Below are positions 34,093 through 45,508 of a stretch of 64,000 bases of DNA, piece after piece; position 1 is the first letter of the stretch, and every line of letters starts with the position of its first letter. A program made the position numbers and the translations under genes. Where the stretch lies: NCBI GenBank assembly GCA_000091205.1, contig AP006485.2; one strand, 5' to 3'. The notes under the pieces are model-generated. The model was given only the letters and a program-made list of their open reading frames with translations, had not been told where the DNA came from and made no database searches. This stretch comes from Cyanidioschyzon merolae (taxonomy: Eukaryota).

Positions 34093-35353
34093 GACTCCGA
34101 GCCTCGTTTGACGGCCCCCGGCTACCTGCTTGAGCTTTCCCTTGAGCAAATCGAGCGTGAGAGGCTGCCCTACAAAATTTGACCGCCCCAGCTCCTCGGG
34201 GCTCGTATTCTGCACCACACGTCGTCTGATATGGATGGACGCAATGAAGTCTCGGCTCTCGAACTCCACACGTTTATTGCCTCTGGTGGAACTCGCAATT
34301 GCAAGGATAGGTAGACCTCGTGCACTCTGTGCCACTGCGGCTTCGTCATGCTCTCATTGCGCGAACACATTTCCCCACCTATCTCCCCTTTTCTTACCCT
34401 TCTTCTTCGTCACTTGCTCTTCTTCGCTCGATTGCCGGCGAGAAGAGGATTTTTCGTCCATCCCCGACTACCGAAGATAACCGCATTCCGGGGCCCACGA
34501 GTTGCGTATCGATACCGTTCCCTTGGAATTTTCGTTTCTTCAACTGAAGACACTGGTCTATGCCGTTAGGTGAGGACCTTCCCGCACCGAGCAGCACATG
34601 CGGAAGAAAGACAAAATGCGCCCCGATGTGTCACCGTGCGCTGAATGCTTCAGCGATTCGCCCGGTGGAACGGTCATTAGGTTTCACGATAGAAAACATT
34701 CCGCCGATGCAGTTGGAACACGGAGCGCACGGAGGAATGAAAAGCAGCTTTGCCCCGAGAGAATCAGCAAAAGCTCGACCGCAAGGGTAATAATGAAATG
34801 TCACGCTGTCCAAGAGAAGAATATCGCCAGACGCCAGGGGAAAAGTCTTTTGTGATTTGACGAAGTGGTTGGTGCTGCTGTATGAGCCTTCTCTACGAGC
34901 GAAAACCGAGGCATCCAAATGAATCCACTCTAGCGAGAAGAGATTGGTCCGCGCTCTCTTCGGGTTCGATCGTGGATACATGGGGCTCCCTGCCCCGCGA
35001 ATACCCATGTACATTCCGACCGATTCTTCTGGAACAAGTCTCATTGGCTGGAAAAATGAACCGACGTCCCTAAGGATCATACCGATTGAGACGTTCTAGG
35101 AACACTGTAGATGCGATTTTGGTGCAAGATGGCCGTGACTGACGTTGGAACTTTTCTGCGATTGTACCCATCGTTTTCAGGATCAGACGAATTTGCTGTT
35201 AAGAAACAGAGATGCCCCAGGTGGCTTCGATTGAGGGTTTTACTTTCAGCAAAAGATGATCAATGATCCGTTTTCTACTATTTACAGAAACCAGTCCTTG
35301 AGAATAATAGTTTTTGAGCGCAGCTCGTATACTTGTTTCGTTCAGTGGCCCTC
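34093..35353. repeat. R2 repeat, copy 2 (1.26 kb). It is near-identical to 18082-19337.
   Basis: See copy 1. The identical ORF set lies at 34130-35080. Confidence 0.85.
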
Positions 35354-35739
35354 AGTTATCTGAGTACTGCGTTATGACTTTCCTGCAGGAGCCATGCAGT
35401 CCTCTATGCACTGTTCATAAAAAATATATGTGCAATAGGCAACTTGTGTACGATCTATGCGGTAAATTGCATAGTAGGTTCGATATCCTGCCATGCACAG
35501 CAGCGCAGGTGAAATATAATCGAGGTGAAAGACCATAACGATCTGGCGTCAAGGACGCGAATGCAGTAGCCCTCACGAACGCTTTAGATTTTCGCTGTGG
35601 ATTTCCAGTGCAAAGTCTGCTGCACATAGCCACCTAAACTTTCACCTGGAGGTGCGACCTTCTCTCGAGGAGCAGGCCTTTAGAGTGCATCCGCAAGCCA
35701 AGCGGGCACCATGGCCGAGTTTCGCTCTGTAGGCCATTC

Positions 35740-36921
35740 TTAGTCTCTTTTCTGCAAATATTTTTGTCTAGGATCATCTATGTCTTCATATCGCGGCACA
35801 AGACGCACAAGAGGGTGCTCCTTGAGAGACGGCGCCACTTCAAGCGCAAACCGTGCCACCGCCGATAGGAATGCCCCAGCCGTTCCAATGGGTACAAAAA
35901 TGTAATGGAGCAGAAAGTTAATCTCTTTTGATGGAATAAACGCCCCAGGACCAGAGTCCCAGAATAAAATAAGCGTGGTGGCTGCTCCAAGCTGGATAAT
36001 ATCAGCTAACGCATAGGCCACCCAGTTTGGAAATGCTAGCTCGGCATCCATTTTCGCTCGTGCAGCATTGCCAGGCTCTCTATCAGCATTTTTGAGCGAG
36101 GACTTCGCGCCTCTGTTCCGGCGAGTCGCTTTCTTCGAAGAAGAATTGGTGATCTTATTTGCAAACTCCCCTCCAGCCTGATGAGCGAGGGGTTCAATTG
36201 TCGGTCTTGTGGTTTCGGAAGATGTGGCACCTGGTTTGGTCCCATATTTCGATCGGCCTGGCAAGACGTCTGCATCAGCAGCTTGTGCGGGACGCCCTTC
36301 AAGCGTTTCGGTGATGGCTCGCCTAAGAGACGCTTCCCACTCATCTGGGGAGCAAAAAACAAAGCGGCGGCGTAAGTTCTCTGTTACGCGGCCGTCTCCG
36401 TGAACACCATCGGAGAACTCTGCCAAGTCTCCCGCTTGGAGAATGAGTGGCTCGTCTCGGCCGACACACTGGAGTTTCATACAGCCGCTTTCATAGTACA
36501 CAACCTCATAATTTTCATATGTCACCGGATAGTCTTCAGCGGCTTCTTCAGTGACGGCGTCCCAGGACGTGATACCAAGTGGTTCGAGCAGCTCGGCGTT
36601 AAAGTCTCGGTAAACACGAATACGCACAGGCTCTTGTGTGTAGACAGACTTCACCTCATAGGTCTCAACCTCTCGACAAAGGTCAGCGGCGAGCGATAGT
36701 CCTCTATCAGAACGCGAATCCTTGCTGTGGACTTGCACTGCCCGGAGCGTTGCGACTGCGTGCTGTGAAACATCTCGGAGGCCACGTCGTGGTGCTTGCG
36801 CCCTCCTTGCCTGCTGACCACGAAGCAGCGGGTGCGTCGCCTTGGCCAAAGAGCCTGTTGCCAGCGGCTTTTTAGCTTTAACTAAAGCTGTAGGTATGAA
36901 CGCACTTGTACTTAGTGGCAT
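35740..36921 (-). CDS. Hypothetical membrane protein with an N-terminal transit-peptide-like region and a cupin-like middle domain
   Basis: From the ATG (complement of 36919-36921) the protein starts MPLSTSAFIPTALVKAKKPLATGS…, which is S/T/A/K/R-rich. ...YYESGCMKLQCVGRDEPLILQAGDLAEFSDGVHGDGRV resembles a small cupin (DUF861-like). The C-terminus has 2-3 hydrophobic helices (LGAATTLILFW..., FLLHYIFVPIGTAGAFLSAV). The track ORF starts earlier, at a TTG. Confidence 0.4.
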   Translation of the reverse strand: MPLSTSAFIPTALVKAKKPLATGSLAKATHPLLRGQQARRAQAPRRGLRDVSQHAVATLRAVQVHSKDSRSDRGLSLAADLCREVETYEVKSVYTQEPVRIRVYRDFNAELLEPLGITSWDAVTEEAAEDYPVTYENYEVVYYESGCMKLQCVGRDEPLILQAGDLAEFSDGVHGDGRVTENLRRRFVFCSPDEWEASLRRAITETLEGRPAQAADADVLPGRSKYGTKPGATSSETTRPTIEPLAHQAGGEFANKITNSSSKKATRRNRGAKSSLKNADREPGNAARAKMDAELAFPNWVAYALADIIQLGAATTLILFWDSGPGAFIPSKEINFLLHYIFVPIGTAGAFLSAVARFALEVAPSLKEHPLVRLVPRYEDIDDPRQKYLQKRD

Positions 36922-37145
36922 CCGGGCCACGCAACGCTGTAGTCTTTGCGATTGATAACCTGCAAATGCCCTCACGTGAATGATCACAAAACCGCATCGG
37001 TTCGGCGGAAACGCCTCCTCGCGGAACAAAAATTATCTGGATAAATACGTACATAATTGTACGTCCATCCGGCGCTCGAGCGTTCAGCGTCGCTCGAGCT
37101 CTTCCCTGGAAATTTTGGGTCAACGTTGTCAGTACTCTTTGCGTC

Positions 37146-38132
37146 ATGACGGAAACTTCAGTTCCAGTGAGCTGCCCTGGAACAGAGTCGGAACAGGCCG
37201 GCAGAGCCGCGGCTTGCTATGGCTGCCCAAACCAAACGGCTTGTGCCGCTGGGAAGAACACAACTGTGGACCCAGATCGCGTGGCTATAGCGAACCGACT
37301 GGCTGGTGTTCAGAGAGTCCTCTTTGTCGTAGCGAACAAAGGGGGTTGCGGTAAGTCTTCTGTTGCTGCGCAGCTAGCGTTTGCTTTTGCTTCCGGCGTT
37401 GCCTGTGAAGCGGTTGACAGGGAGCTTGAAGTTGGACTTCTCGATGCTGATGTGACGGGACCGTCGATTCCGCACTTACTTTCTATCGCAGAGGAAGAAG
37501 TGCACCAATCGGCCACTGGCTGGCAGCCTGTGTACGTCCGGGGCAATCTAGCTGCCATGTCAATTGGTTTTATGCTTCCGTCAAAGGATGACGCGGTTGC
37601 TTGGCGAGGAGCGCGGAAAACGGGTCTTTTAAAACAGTTCCTGAGAGATGTCGACTGGGGCGATTATCTCGACTGGCTCATTATCGATATGCCGCCGGGG
37701 ACATCGGACGAGCACATTACGCTAACGCAAGCCTTAGCAGGGATTGCGAACACTGCAGCGCTCATTGTTGCTACTCCTCAAGAGGTCGCCCTCTTGGATG
37801 TACGTAAGCAGGTACGCTTTTGCGAGCGTGCCGGCGTTCCCATTGTGGGTATCGTCGAGAATATGTCGTACTATACGTGCCGCCATTGCGGTCATCAGGA
37901 GGAAATTTTTACGCCAACAACTGGTGGAGTGCAAGCCCTTTGCAACGACAGTGGCGTTCGCTTCCTAGGTAGGATTCCTTTGGATCCGGCACTGATGCGA
38001 GCCTCTGACCTCGGGGAGGCGATCCTAAATTACGATTGTCCCGCCCGCGATGCAATTTTCGAGCTTGCCCGACACATTGGAAAAGCTTTCTCTCCAAAGA
38101 CGATAGCAAGCCTCGAAGTGGAGAGCTCATGA
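37146..38132 (+). CDS. NBP35: Cytosolic Fe-S cluster assembly P-loop NTPase NBP35
   Basis: The N-terminal four-cysteine ferredoxin-like motif is CPGTESEQAGRAAACYGCPNQTAC. The Mrp/MinD deviant Walker A is VANKGGCGKSS. The C-terminal motif is CRHCGH (CPxC-type). It lies divergent to the preceding - strand gene, about 225 bp away. Confidence 0.85.
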   Translation: MTETSVPVSCPGTESEQAGRAAACYGCPNQTACAAGKNTTVDPDRVAIANRLAGVQRVLFVVANKGGCGKSSVAAQLAFAFASGVACEAVDRELEVGLLDADVTGPSIPHLLSIAEEEVHQSATGWQPVYVRGNLAAMSIGFMLPSKDDAVAWRGARKTGLLKQFLRDVDWGDYLDWLIIDMPPGTSDEHITLTQALAGIANTAALIVATPQEVALLDVRKQVRFCERAGVPIVGIVENMSYYTCRHCGHQEEIFTPTTGGVQALCNDSGVRFLGRIPLDPALMRASDLGEAILNYDCPARDAIFELARHIGKAFSPKTIASLEVESS

Positions 38133-38845
38133 TCGTTGCATGTTGTTTCCTGGTTTTGTACGGCTTGCTGGAAAGCGTCTCGGGCCGCTTGTGTCCAGTT
38201 GTGATGATGTAAATAGAATCGAATTCATCACGTTCTATACCGAGGCCGCTGCAGAGCTCGTGAATAACTCTCAGACCGAAATGATGAGCAAATGTGAATG
38301 GAGCTTTGTGATGCCGCTAAAATATCTGCATTATAAGCTAGGAGCGGATGCTGAAGTGGCTATGTCCTTATCTTCTAAATGCATCGAACCTGGCGGGTAG
38401 CGCACCTCTGTAAGCTGATGTTCAACACTCGAGCGGTCCGGGTTCCGGCTCCAAAGAGACCCCTATTTGGGTCCAGTGATTGCGAAAAGTCTTTTTCGAA
38501 GCAGAGCATTTTCGTCAGCAGGAGTGAAGCTTGTTTTCCTGCTCTGAACAAACATGCTGCGCATCCAAACAACCATGATGAAGCGCACGTCGGTGAGTTC
38601 CTGGTCGATGAGGATGCCACGAACGAATATTTTTCAAAGTCTGTCTCGATATAACATTCTTTACAAGATCTGGCTGTACGCTCGCTCACGGAATGCGATG
38701 TTTCTCATTTGGTTCTCTTGGTTAAATTCACAATTCGAATCATACACTCATTTGAGAATAAATGTTAGAATGCCTCTTTGAAGGGATTACATTCTCAAGT
38801 TCGAGTCTGTTCCCAATGTCATCAGAATTAGCCTTTGCGGCCTTA

Positions 38846-39100
38846 TCTGCGACCGCTCCTATTATTCTTTGTTATCTTTGACTTGGAATACGACGGTCTC
38901 TCGTTTCCTCTTAGTCCCGCTGTCAGTGGTCGAAAGATGTTGATGGCAGCATTGAATTCCCGATTTCTGAGTTTCCAGCCGCTGGCGACGCATTTGATGC
39001 AAAAACAGTAGTTGCCATCGACGCACGGCTTGCCATTTTCATCTTTTTTGTATGCAGCCTCTTTGCGCCCTCTCGCAGCGGTGACACTTGGTTGTCCTCA
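38846..39100 (-). mobile_element. Fanzor/TnpB-like C-terminal remnant (copy d)
   Basis: Manual - strand translation gives ...KKDENGKPCVDGNYCFCIKCVASGWKLRNREFNAAINIFRPLTAGLRGNERPSYSKSKITKNNRSGRR*. This is a CxC…CxxC zinc finger plus RuvC-III. A stop codon lies immediately upstream. Confidence 0.5.
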
Positions 39101-39324
39101 GGTGTTCCTAAATATCACCCACAGCCTCTCATCCGTGGACCGCCTCGTGCTCCGTGAACGCTTGGTTTAGCGCTCGGCACATACACTTGACGGATACAGA
39201 TGGCTACTTTCGATATCCTCCACCGATTCCAGCTGCGGTGCTGTGCCCTACGATCACGTGCCTCTTACAGGTGATCTCCTCCATGAGTACCGATTCTGCT
39301 GGAGGCGCGAGTCCGCAGTTTTCC

Positions 39325-39440
39325 ATTCTATTGACAATTAGTGTAACGCTATGCTGTCCATGATGAATCGTGAATTGGAACCATCCTATTGACAAGTAGT
39401 GTAACGCGATGCTCTCTATGATGAATATTGATTTGGAAGG
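39325..39440. repeat. Two-unit tandem repeat of about 58 bp
   Basis: TTCTATTGACAATTAGTGTAACGCTATGCTGTCCATGATGAATCGTGAATTGGAACCATCC is followed by TATTGACAAGTAGTGTAACGCGATGCTCTCTATGATGAATATTGATTTGGAAGG. Confidence 0.7.
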
Positions 39441-40168
39441 TTAATTCTACTGATGCAGCATATGTCGACACATTTTAATGTGACCATGCCACTTTCGCGC
39501 AAGGCGATAAAGTGCACTCCAAACGAGAACATCTCTTTGGTGACTTAAGTCAGAGTCTATGATTCTTTTCAATGTAAACAGTACATGGAGGCCCCTGTGA
39601 GCATGTCCAGTGAGACGCATCATCTCGTTCTCGCATCTCTTTCCGCCGAGGACCACCAAGAGGGCAGGAAGTGTCTTCAGAACGGAATCGATGATTTGAG
39701 AAAGAAATATTCAGCGAAGTTGAGCTATAAGTCAATAAAGAAGTCGCCTCTGGGCTTCGCTGAATTTTCATGCTCGTTAACTCAGCAGCGCTAATTGCTC
39801 TGCTAGTGAGTTACCTTGAATCAGAAAGATCGAATACACAAAGAATGCAAGATTTGAGCATGCGACACGTTATTAACGGAGAATCTTGGAGGCTTCCATT
39901 CATGAACTTGATGATACTGTCGTTTATTCTACGAATTCTTGTTCGAGAACTTCCCGTATCATCTTGTTAACGTCAGAGGAACGAATTCCAGCGAAACAGC
40001 ATCTGAGGAGGCACACCGAAAAGGCGATCGAGAATCCTAAAGCTACGTATGAATCTTTAAACCCTTATTGCTGCCTTTCGAATGTCAAGATTATACGTCG
40101 AAATTTATTCTCAAAAACCCGAAAGCCAGGAACAGAACAAGCAGTTCAGTGTCCCATTTTTATCCACC

Positions 40169-40939
40169 CTAGTCATAGGTGTAAAAACCTCTTTTAGTCT
40201 TGCGCCCGAGCCAACCAGCATCAACATATTTGACCAGCAGTGGGGATGCTCTATACTTTACAGAACCCCCGGGGAGCCCTTGTTCAAGCACACGCAAAAT
40301 ATTGAGGCAAGTATCGAGGCCGATAAAGTCGGCTAGTGCCAACGGACCCATGGGCACGTTCGTTCCGAGCTTCATAATTCGATCGATATCCTTCGCATCT
40401 GCGGTCCCTTCACGTAGCGTTTCAATCGCTTCGTTGATGTAAGGCATGAGTATTCGATTCGAGACGAAACCTGGGCTATCAGACACACACCGCGCGCACT
40501 CTTTTCCCATTTTACGAGCAAGTGACTCCGTGACTTCAACAGTATTTTCCGACGTTCGTAACCCACAGACGATCTCTACGATATTCATTCGTTGTACGGG
40601 GTAAAAGAAATGCATGCCAATGAAGTTTTCCGGAAACTTCGAAGTAGCCGCGAGTCTCGTAATCGATAACGACGACGTGTTACTCGCCAAGACGACATGT
40701 TCCGTCCAGACTCGGGCTTCTTCGAGAGCTTTGTAAACAGCAACTTTTGTCTCGAACACTTCTGGTACGGCCTCGATAAGGAATTCGGCACCTCGAAGGA
40801 CGTTAATGTCCTTTTCGGGTTCTTTTACGGGATCGTACCGTAGGACGGTGCAACCAGACCTCTGGCCGAGGACTTCAGCAATACCGGAGCCCATCTGACC
40901 CGCAGCGCCCAGTACGCCGACAATCCTAGGAACCTGCAT
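40169..40939 (-). CDS. 3-hydroxyacyl-CoA (3-hydroxybutyryl-CoA) dehydrogenase
   Basis: The N-terminal Rossmann fold is VGVLGAAGQMGSGIAEV. ...FFYPVQRMNIVEIV..., ...SPGFVSNRILMPYINEA... and ...MKLGTNVPMGPLALADFIGLD... are typical HADH/Hbd motifs. The protein is 256 aa. Confidence 0.85.
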   Translation of the reverse strand: MQVPRIVGVLGAAGQMGSGIAEVLGQRSGCTVLRYDPVKEPEKDINVLRGAEFLIEAVPEVFETKVAVYKALEEARVWTEHVVLASNTSSLSITRLAATSKFPENFIGMHFFYPVQRMNIVEIVCGLRTSENTVEVTESLARKMGKECARCVSDSPGFVSNRILMPYINEAIETLREGTADAKDIDRIMKLGTNVPMGPLALADFIGLDTCLNILRVLEQGLPGGSVKYRASPLLVKYVDAGWLGRKTKRGFYTYD

Positions 40940-40991
40940 CTCTTACGAGGGGCGTGCAGCGCTTGCGGGAAGCAGTTCCCAAGGCGTGTGC

Positions 40992-41129
40992 TCAGCGCGC
41001 CTCCAGCTGGATGGGTTTCTTCGTTCGCAGCTTGTAGACGTAGCGACACGAACAGAAGTTGCACCGGACGGTTTCGTTCACGTCGAGTTCAAAAATCTGT
41101 CCACACTCACCACAAATATACCGAGTCAT
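40992..41129 (-). CDS. RNA polymerase I/II/III common subunit RPABC4 (Rpb12). The ORF is 45 aa, below the track's length cutoff.
   Basis: Manual - strand translation gives MTRYICGECGQIFELDVNETVRCNFCSCRYVYKLRTKKPIQLEAR*, with CxxC…CxxC and the Rpb12 C-terminal tail. It lies only ~50 bp from the HADH start on the same strand. Confidence 0.6.
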   Translation of the reverse strand: MTRYICGECGQIFELDVNETVRCNFCSCRYVYKLRTKKPIQLEAR

Positions 41130-41253
41130 GGGAGTCCCAAAACCTGTTTAGGATCAACGTCCCGCGTTCGAGGCTGCCTCGAAAGCAATCCGCGCGTGCA
41201 CGCAGTCACAGGAACACATACTATCGCAGCAGCTGCGTGCGTGCGAGCATCTG

Positions 41254-41658
41254 TCACGCGGCCAGCAGCAGGTCACGCAATGCTGGCCCGATGCAGCGAT
41301 CTTGCGCGTCACGCAATGGAGCACGATGCACCCGCAGGCCAGAATCGCTGCCTCGCTGACCTGCCCAAGGAGCGTCGCTCTGAACATAGCTTTGTTTCTT
41401 CATGTGCGGGTTAAAAGACACTGGCTCATATTTATCGATTGCATGGACGCATATGATGGCGAGGGCAAGAACTTCGGCGCCTCTACCGAATCTTTCAAAC
41501 ATCCTCAACTTGTGTCCATTGGTCCGGTAGCAAAGCACATCTGAATATTTCAGCGACGCAGCGGTGTCGAGCATGCGGCGGGCCGTTCTTCTGGCGCGGG
41601 CTGCGCTACCACGGGAGCAATGCGTGGAGAGGACGACTCTGATGTACCCCTGCGACAA
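41254..41658 (-). CDS. Hypothetical protein (134 aa); may be one exon of a larger gene
   Basis: The ORF contains ...VVLSTHCSRGSAARARR. This superficially resembles a phosphatase P-loop but does not fit CX5R exactly. Confidence 0.2.
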   Translation of the reverse strand: MSQGYIRVVLSTHCSRGSAARARRTARRMLDTAASLKYSDVLCYRTNGHKLRMFERFGRGAEVLALAIICVHAIDKYEPVSFNPHMKKQSYVQSDAPWAGQRGSDSGLRVHRAPLRDAQDRCIGPALRDLLLAA

Positions 41659-42535
41659 ATCCTGTTCTTTCGGTCAATATTCATTACGGTAATACATGTG
41701 CGCCTGAATTCCTCAATACGGACTAGATGTAGTGCATTGTCCCGGAAAAACACCAGTGTCTATCCGAAAATACATGCCGGTGACGATAATCTACATGCAG
41801 CCTGCTGGCACAGTAGCCCACTAGATCCAGTGTATGAATCTCAAAATCGCCGACTGTGTTGCTGAAGTCGCGAAGTTAGACTTCCGCCCACTGGAGCACA
41901 GACAGACAGAAACGATTACGAGCCTCCATCTGCGACAGAGTCGGTAAGCACAAGCTCTTTCAGCGAATAATCCTCAGAGGGTTTTGCTCTTTCTCGGGAT
42001 GAAACTCGTATATCCGATACGCTCCCTGGCACGGCTCTATTTTTGGCAGGTGCCGGGATAAACACAACCGCTATATATCGGGACAGATGCAAGGTAGCGA
42101 AGCAGGCTATATCCGCGTCGTTTCGAGCGATCGGCAGGTTTGATACATTCGCTCTACATTACGGAAACTGCGTAGAACACGCACGAGATTCAAGAGCATC
42201 GCTTCGGATGCAGCATTACCTGCATTTCTCCGAAACGAATTGTAATCAGGCAGCAGAGTGGACCAACTGGAATGATGGGATGTGATCGCTGCCATGATAT
42301 TCTTTTCAGAGGATATCCTACTCTCATTTGTGGGACTATGTGCTCCAGGATGACCAATAGTCAGAGACAGCTTTCTTGAAATACAGCTGGAAATTTCAGC
42401 CGGATGAACAGCAAGGCTGTCCTGGCCTCTTTTAGAGCGGCGGGCGCGTTCACTTAAGTCAGGACTTCAAGTGCTGTTGTGTCACAAGTTTAGCCACAGC
42501 GTAAATCGGCACTTCTTGAGACAAACGGCAATACA

Positions 42536-44194
42536 CTAGGGTGGGAACCCCATTCGGCAGGTCGAGTACGCAAATCGCAAAGTTTCTTTCTCGCAGAACG
42601 CCCAAGAACTGCTTGCCTCATCTAAAACAGAGGCAATCATGAGCGCGTGTCCATCGTAGCTGTTGACTTCGAGCAGATCTTCCTCGAGATGAAGCTGGCC
42701 TTGGATGCATCCCTGCCGCAGGAGCCACTCGAGATCACGCTCAAAGCTATCATCGCTACTTGCATCGAATGAATCCGATCCGAGAAGTTCAAACTTCATC
42801 CGGGAGAGTCGGATTCTGCGAAAGGGCCGGACATATGCAACGTAGCATCTATGGCGAATCAGGCGCGTCAAACCTTCGGTGTGCGAATGCATATACAAGT
42901 CCATGCTCAGATCGTGTTGCAAAGCCCGCAAACTTCGTAACAGATCAGGGAATTTTCTATTGAAAAAGCTATTCAGCAATTCTTTGGAAATCGGGTTTTG
43001 ATCAAGTATGGGCAAGAACGATCTGTTCTGCAGGATCCACTCCAGAATTTCCTCCCGATTCAAGGTGGCGATTGCACACAGGACCGCGTGCAACGCGATG
43101 TCGTCACTCGATATCATATCCGTGAACCCACTATCACGAAAGGCTGTGGTTACGGCAAGAAAGTGCTTCACTGCTCGACGGTATTGACCATTATGAAGTG
43201 CGACCAAAGCAAGACCAGCTTGCAACGCTGTGGCTTCAGCGATGTCTTTCTCTTCCAGCGATGTTTCGGCTATATGTGCCAGCTGCTCTATACGTGAAGT
43301 ATCCCCTCTGAGATCGATCTGCAATGGAATACGCGCTAGAGCCGTGCTTTCGTGACCATGACATGCATCGAGATCGAATTGTGGATATTGTGCAGCGAAA
43401 TCGTGCCGCGGACCTCGATTTTCCTGGGCATGAACCCTGGAGGACAATTTCTCCAGATGAATACGCAATATATCTAGGATCCAACAGAGAAGTTCATGTT
43501 TCTGCATACCGCGAGCTTCCATCATCTGTAAATATCTCAGGGACTCATCCAGGTATCCATGTTCATAGTAGAAGTGGGCCAGTTCGTTGTATGAAGAGCG
43601 AACGGCCTGATCGATTCCCTTTTGCTGGCTGATCTCCAGCCCTCGCAGTAGCGAATTCCGATACTTGGCGAAGGCATCTTTGCATTCACATGTGAACGCT
43701 ACGTCGATGGGTTCGTCTAGAATTCTTTTGAATTCTGCGTAGAGCCCCAGATCAACGGGCTCCTGACGGACCATATCCAACAACGATGATTCGCCCCGCA
43801 CAGCGCATGAACGACCACTACGACCCGGCGAGAGTAGCGGAGGGGAATCACCCCATCTACGAACCTCAAGTGCCGAGCCACTCGCGCATGGCTTTGTTGC
43901 ACAAGGTGCCATCAAGGCAAGACCAGCTGCTTCGGAAAAGTTGTTCGTAAGAATCTGCAGGCCTAGACGCGCAGCCTCCTTTCGCAGTTCCTCTCTGGGT
44001 GCGTTTGTGGCAATGTGGAGGAGCCGTGTCAAAGCTCCACGTTTCAAGCACCGCCCGTCGCTACCCTGCCACCATATATATCTCAAAGCATATGCTTCAA
44101 GGTCGAAGGCTATCCGCGATAGCGGGAAGCTCTCCGTGTCCTTTTCAGGCTCTGAGATGTCTGGTTGCTGCGACTGCCGCTCAGCTTTCTCCAT
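42536..44194 (-). CDS. COP9 signalosome subunit 1 (CSN1/GPS1-like PCI-domain protein)
   Basis: The N-terminal ...FDLEAYALRYIWWQGSDGRCLKRGALTRLLHIATNAPREELRKEAARLGLQIL parallels CSN1 ...[38 protein letters not shown].... The TPR-like/PCI region contains ...LAHFYYEHGYLDESLRYLQMMEARG.... The track start is a GTG at 44200; the ATG used here is two codons downstream. Confidence 0.7.
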   Translation of the reverse strand: MEKAERQSQQPDISEPEKDTESFPLSRIAFDLEAYALRYIWWQGSDGRCLKRGALTRLLHIATNAPREELRKEAARLGLQILTNNFSEAAGLALMAPCATKPCASGSALEVRRWGDSPPLLSPGRSGRSCAVRGESSLLDMVRQEPVDLGLYAEFKRILDEPIDVAFTCECKDAFAKYRNSLLRGLEISQQKGIDQAVRSSYNELAHFYYEHGYLDESLRYLQMMEARGMQKHELLCWILDILRIHLEKLSSRVHAQENRGPRHDFAAQYPQFDLDACHGHESTALARIPLQIDLRGDTSRIEQLAHIAETSLEEKDIAEATALQAGLALVALHNGQYRRAVKHFLAVTTAFRDSGFTDMISSDDIALHAVLCAIATLNREEILEWILQNRSFLPILDQNPISKELLNSFFNRKFPDLLRSLRALQHDLSMDLYMHSHTEGLTRLIRHRCYVAYVRPFRRIRLSRMKFELLGSDSFDASSDDSFERDLEWLLRQGCIQGQLHLEEDLLEVNSYDGHALMIASVLDEASSSWAFCEKETLRFAYSTCRMGFPP

Positions 44195-45508
44195 ATCCAC
44201 AGCAAGAAGCTTGCGTTTCTCAGGATCTCATAGAAACGCCAGTCGTCTCGTATAAAATTGAGGTTCAACGACTTGCTAGCAAAATGGTAACCTGGGGTCC
44301 ACTCGCACGCTCCAACAACGAGTGATGCTCCGTTCACGGAGTCGCGCGACTTTCTCAAGCTTGACAAACGCAGCGATCGAAAACCTGGATTGGCTTTCCG
44401 CCAAAGGCTGTTTGCGGGTTGTTTCCAGTCTCGCTCCGTTCAAATACACTCCCATACAATGCACAGACAGGTACCTTACGTGCTCTCCGGCGCCGAGCGA
44501 GCACGAAGCGTAGTCCACTGTGCACGGTAAGATGTGCTCCGGACGATGGTCAGTTTATAACCTCGGATTCGGATCATCAGATACACACCATTTGGTGTCG
44601 ATCGTGCACCGTTACACTTATACGATTTGCCGTTCTGCCGTCAATCGACTACGACTGGTTCACACAGCAACGCATATCGCAGATGAGTGCCGCTATGGCA
44701 GTCTATATACTAGCCTCCAGCATCCGGTACACTATCGTGGAGAGTGAGTGCTCATTGAGAAACTCAGGTTCATAGGGAGAACGGCTGCTATAGAGATTGC
44801 GTAAACTTCTCCAAATCACCCGAGACATGCAGCTCTACATCAAGTGGCCCCATTAAATCGCATTCGCGTGACAGAGCTTGCAACGGAAAGACTGTCGAGC
44901 AGGCATATCGTTCGTGCGGGCTTCGGTGTGACGCAATGTGATGAGGCACTCGTTTATGAAAGGAGTGCAGGTTGTGCAAGCCCGAGCTACACATTCTTCA
45001 ACATGCGCCACGCATGTTGTGGGATCATCGAAGGTTCTTCGCTTTGGAAAGCTTTCGAACAAAGTAACTCTAGAGAGTAGAGAACGACGAGTGTTGATCC
45101 TCGCAAACGCCTCCGCAACACGATGGAACTGTTTTCATGAGTCAGCGTTCGCATGCTCTCAACATTGCAGGCATCTTCATGACAAGCTGTTACCATTGGA
45201 GGCGTCTTCGCCAATGTATATGATGCGGACATCAGATCCCATCTTAACACGACACTTGTATTGGTACTGCATGACAGTTCTGCTTTCGTGCAAAGACCGG
45301 AGCGGCACATCCGGCATTGCAGCAGGCATTAAGATTACGCTCTGCAACCAGGCGCGCTTTTAATCTATCCAGCGTCTAGCTCTCCGAGTGAAACTGCCTA
45401 GCGATTTCAGGTGCCCTGGTGCAATTTTGAAAAGGGCCTCATCGTATCGGAATAAAATGGATTTGGCCCTCTGACTCTCGCGTAGATACGGGAAGCAATA
45501 CCACCTCT

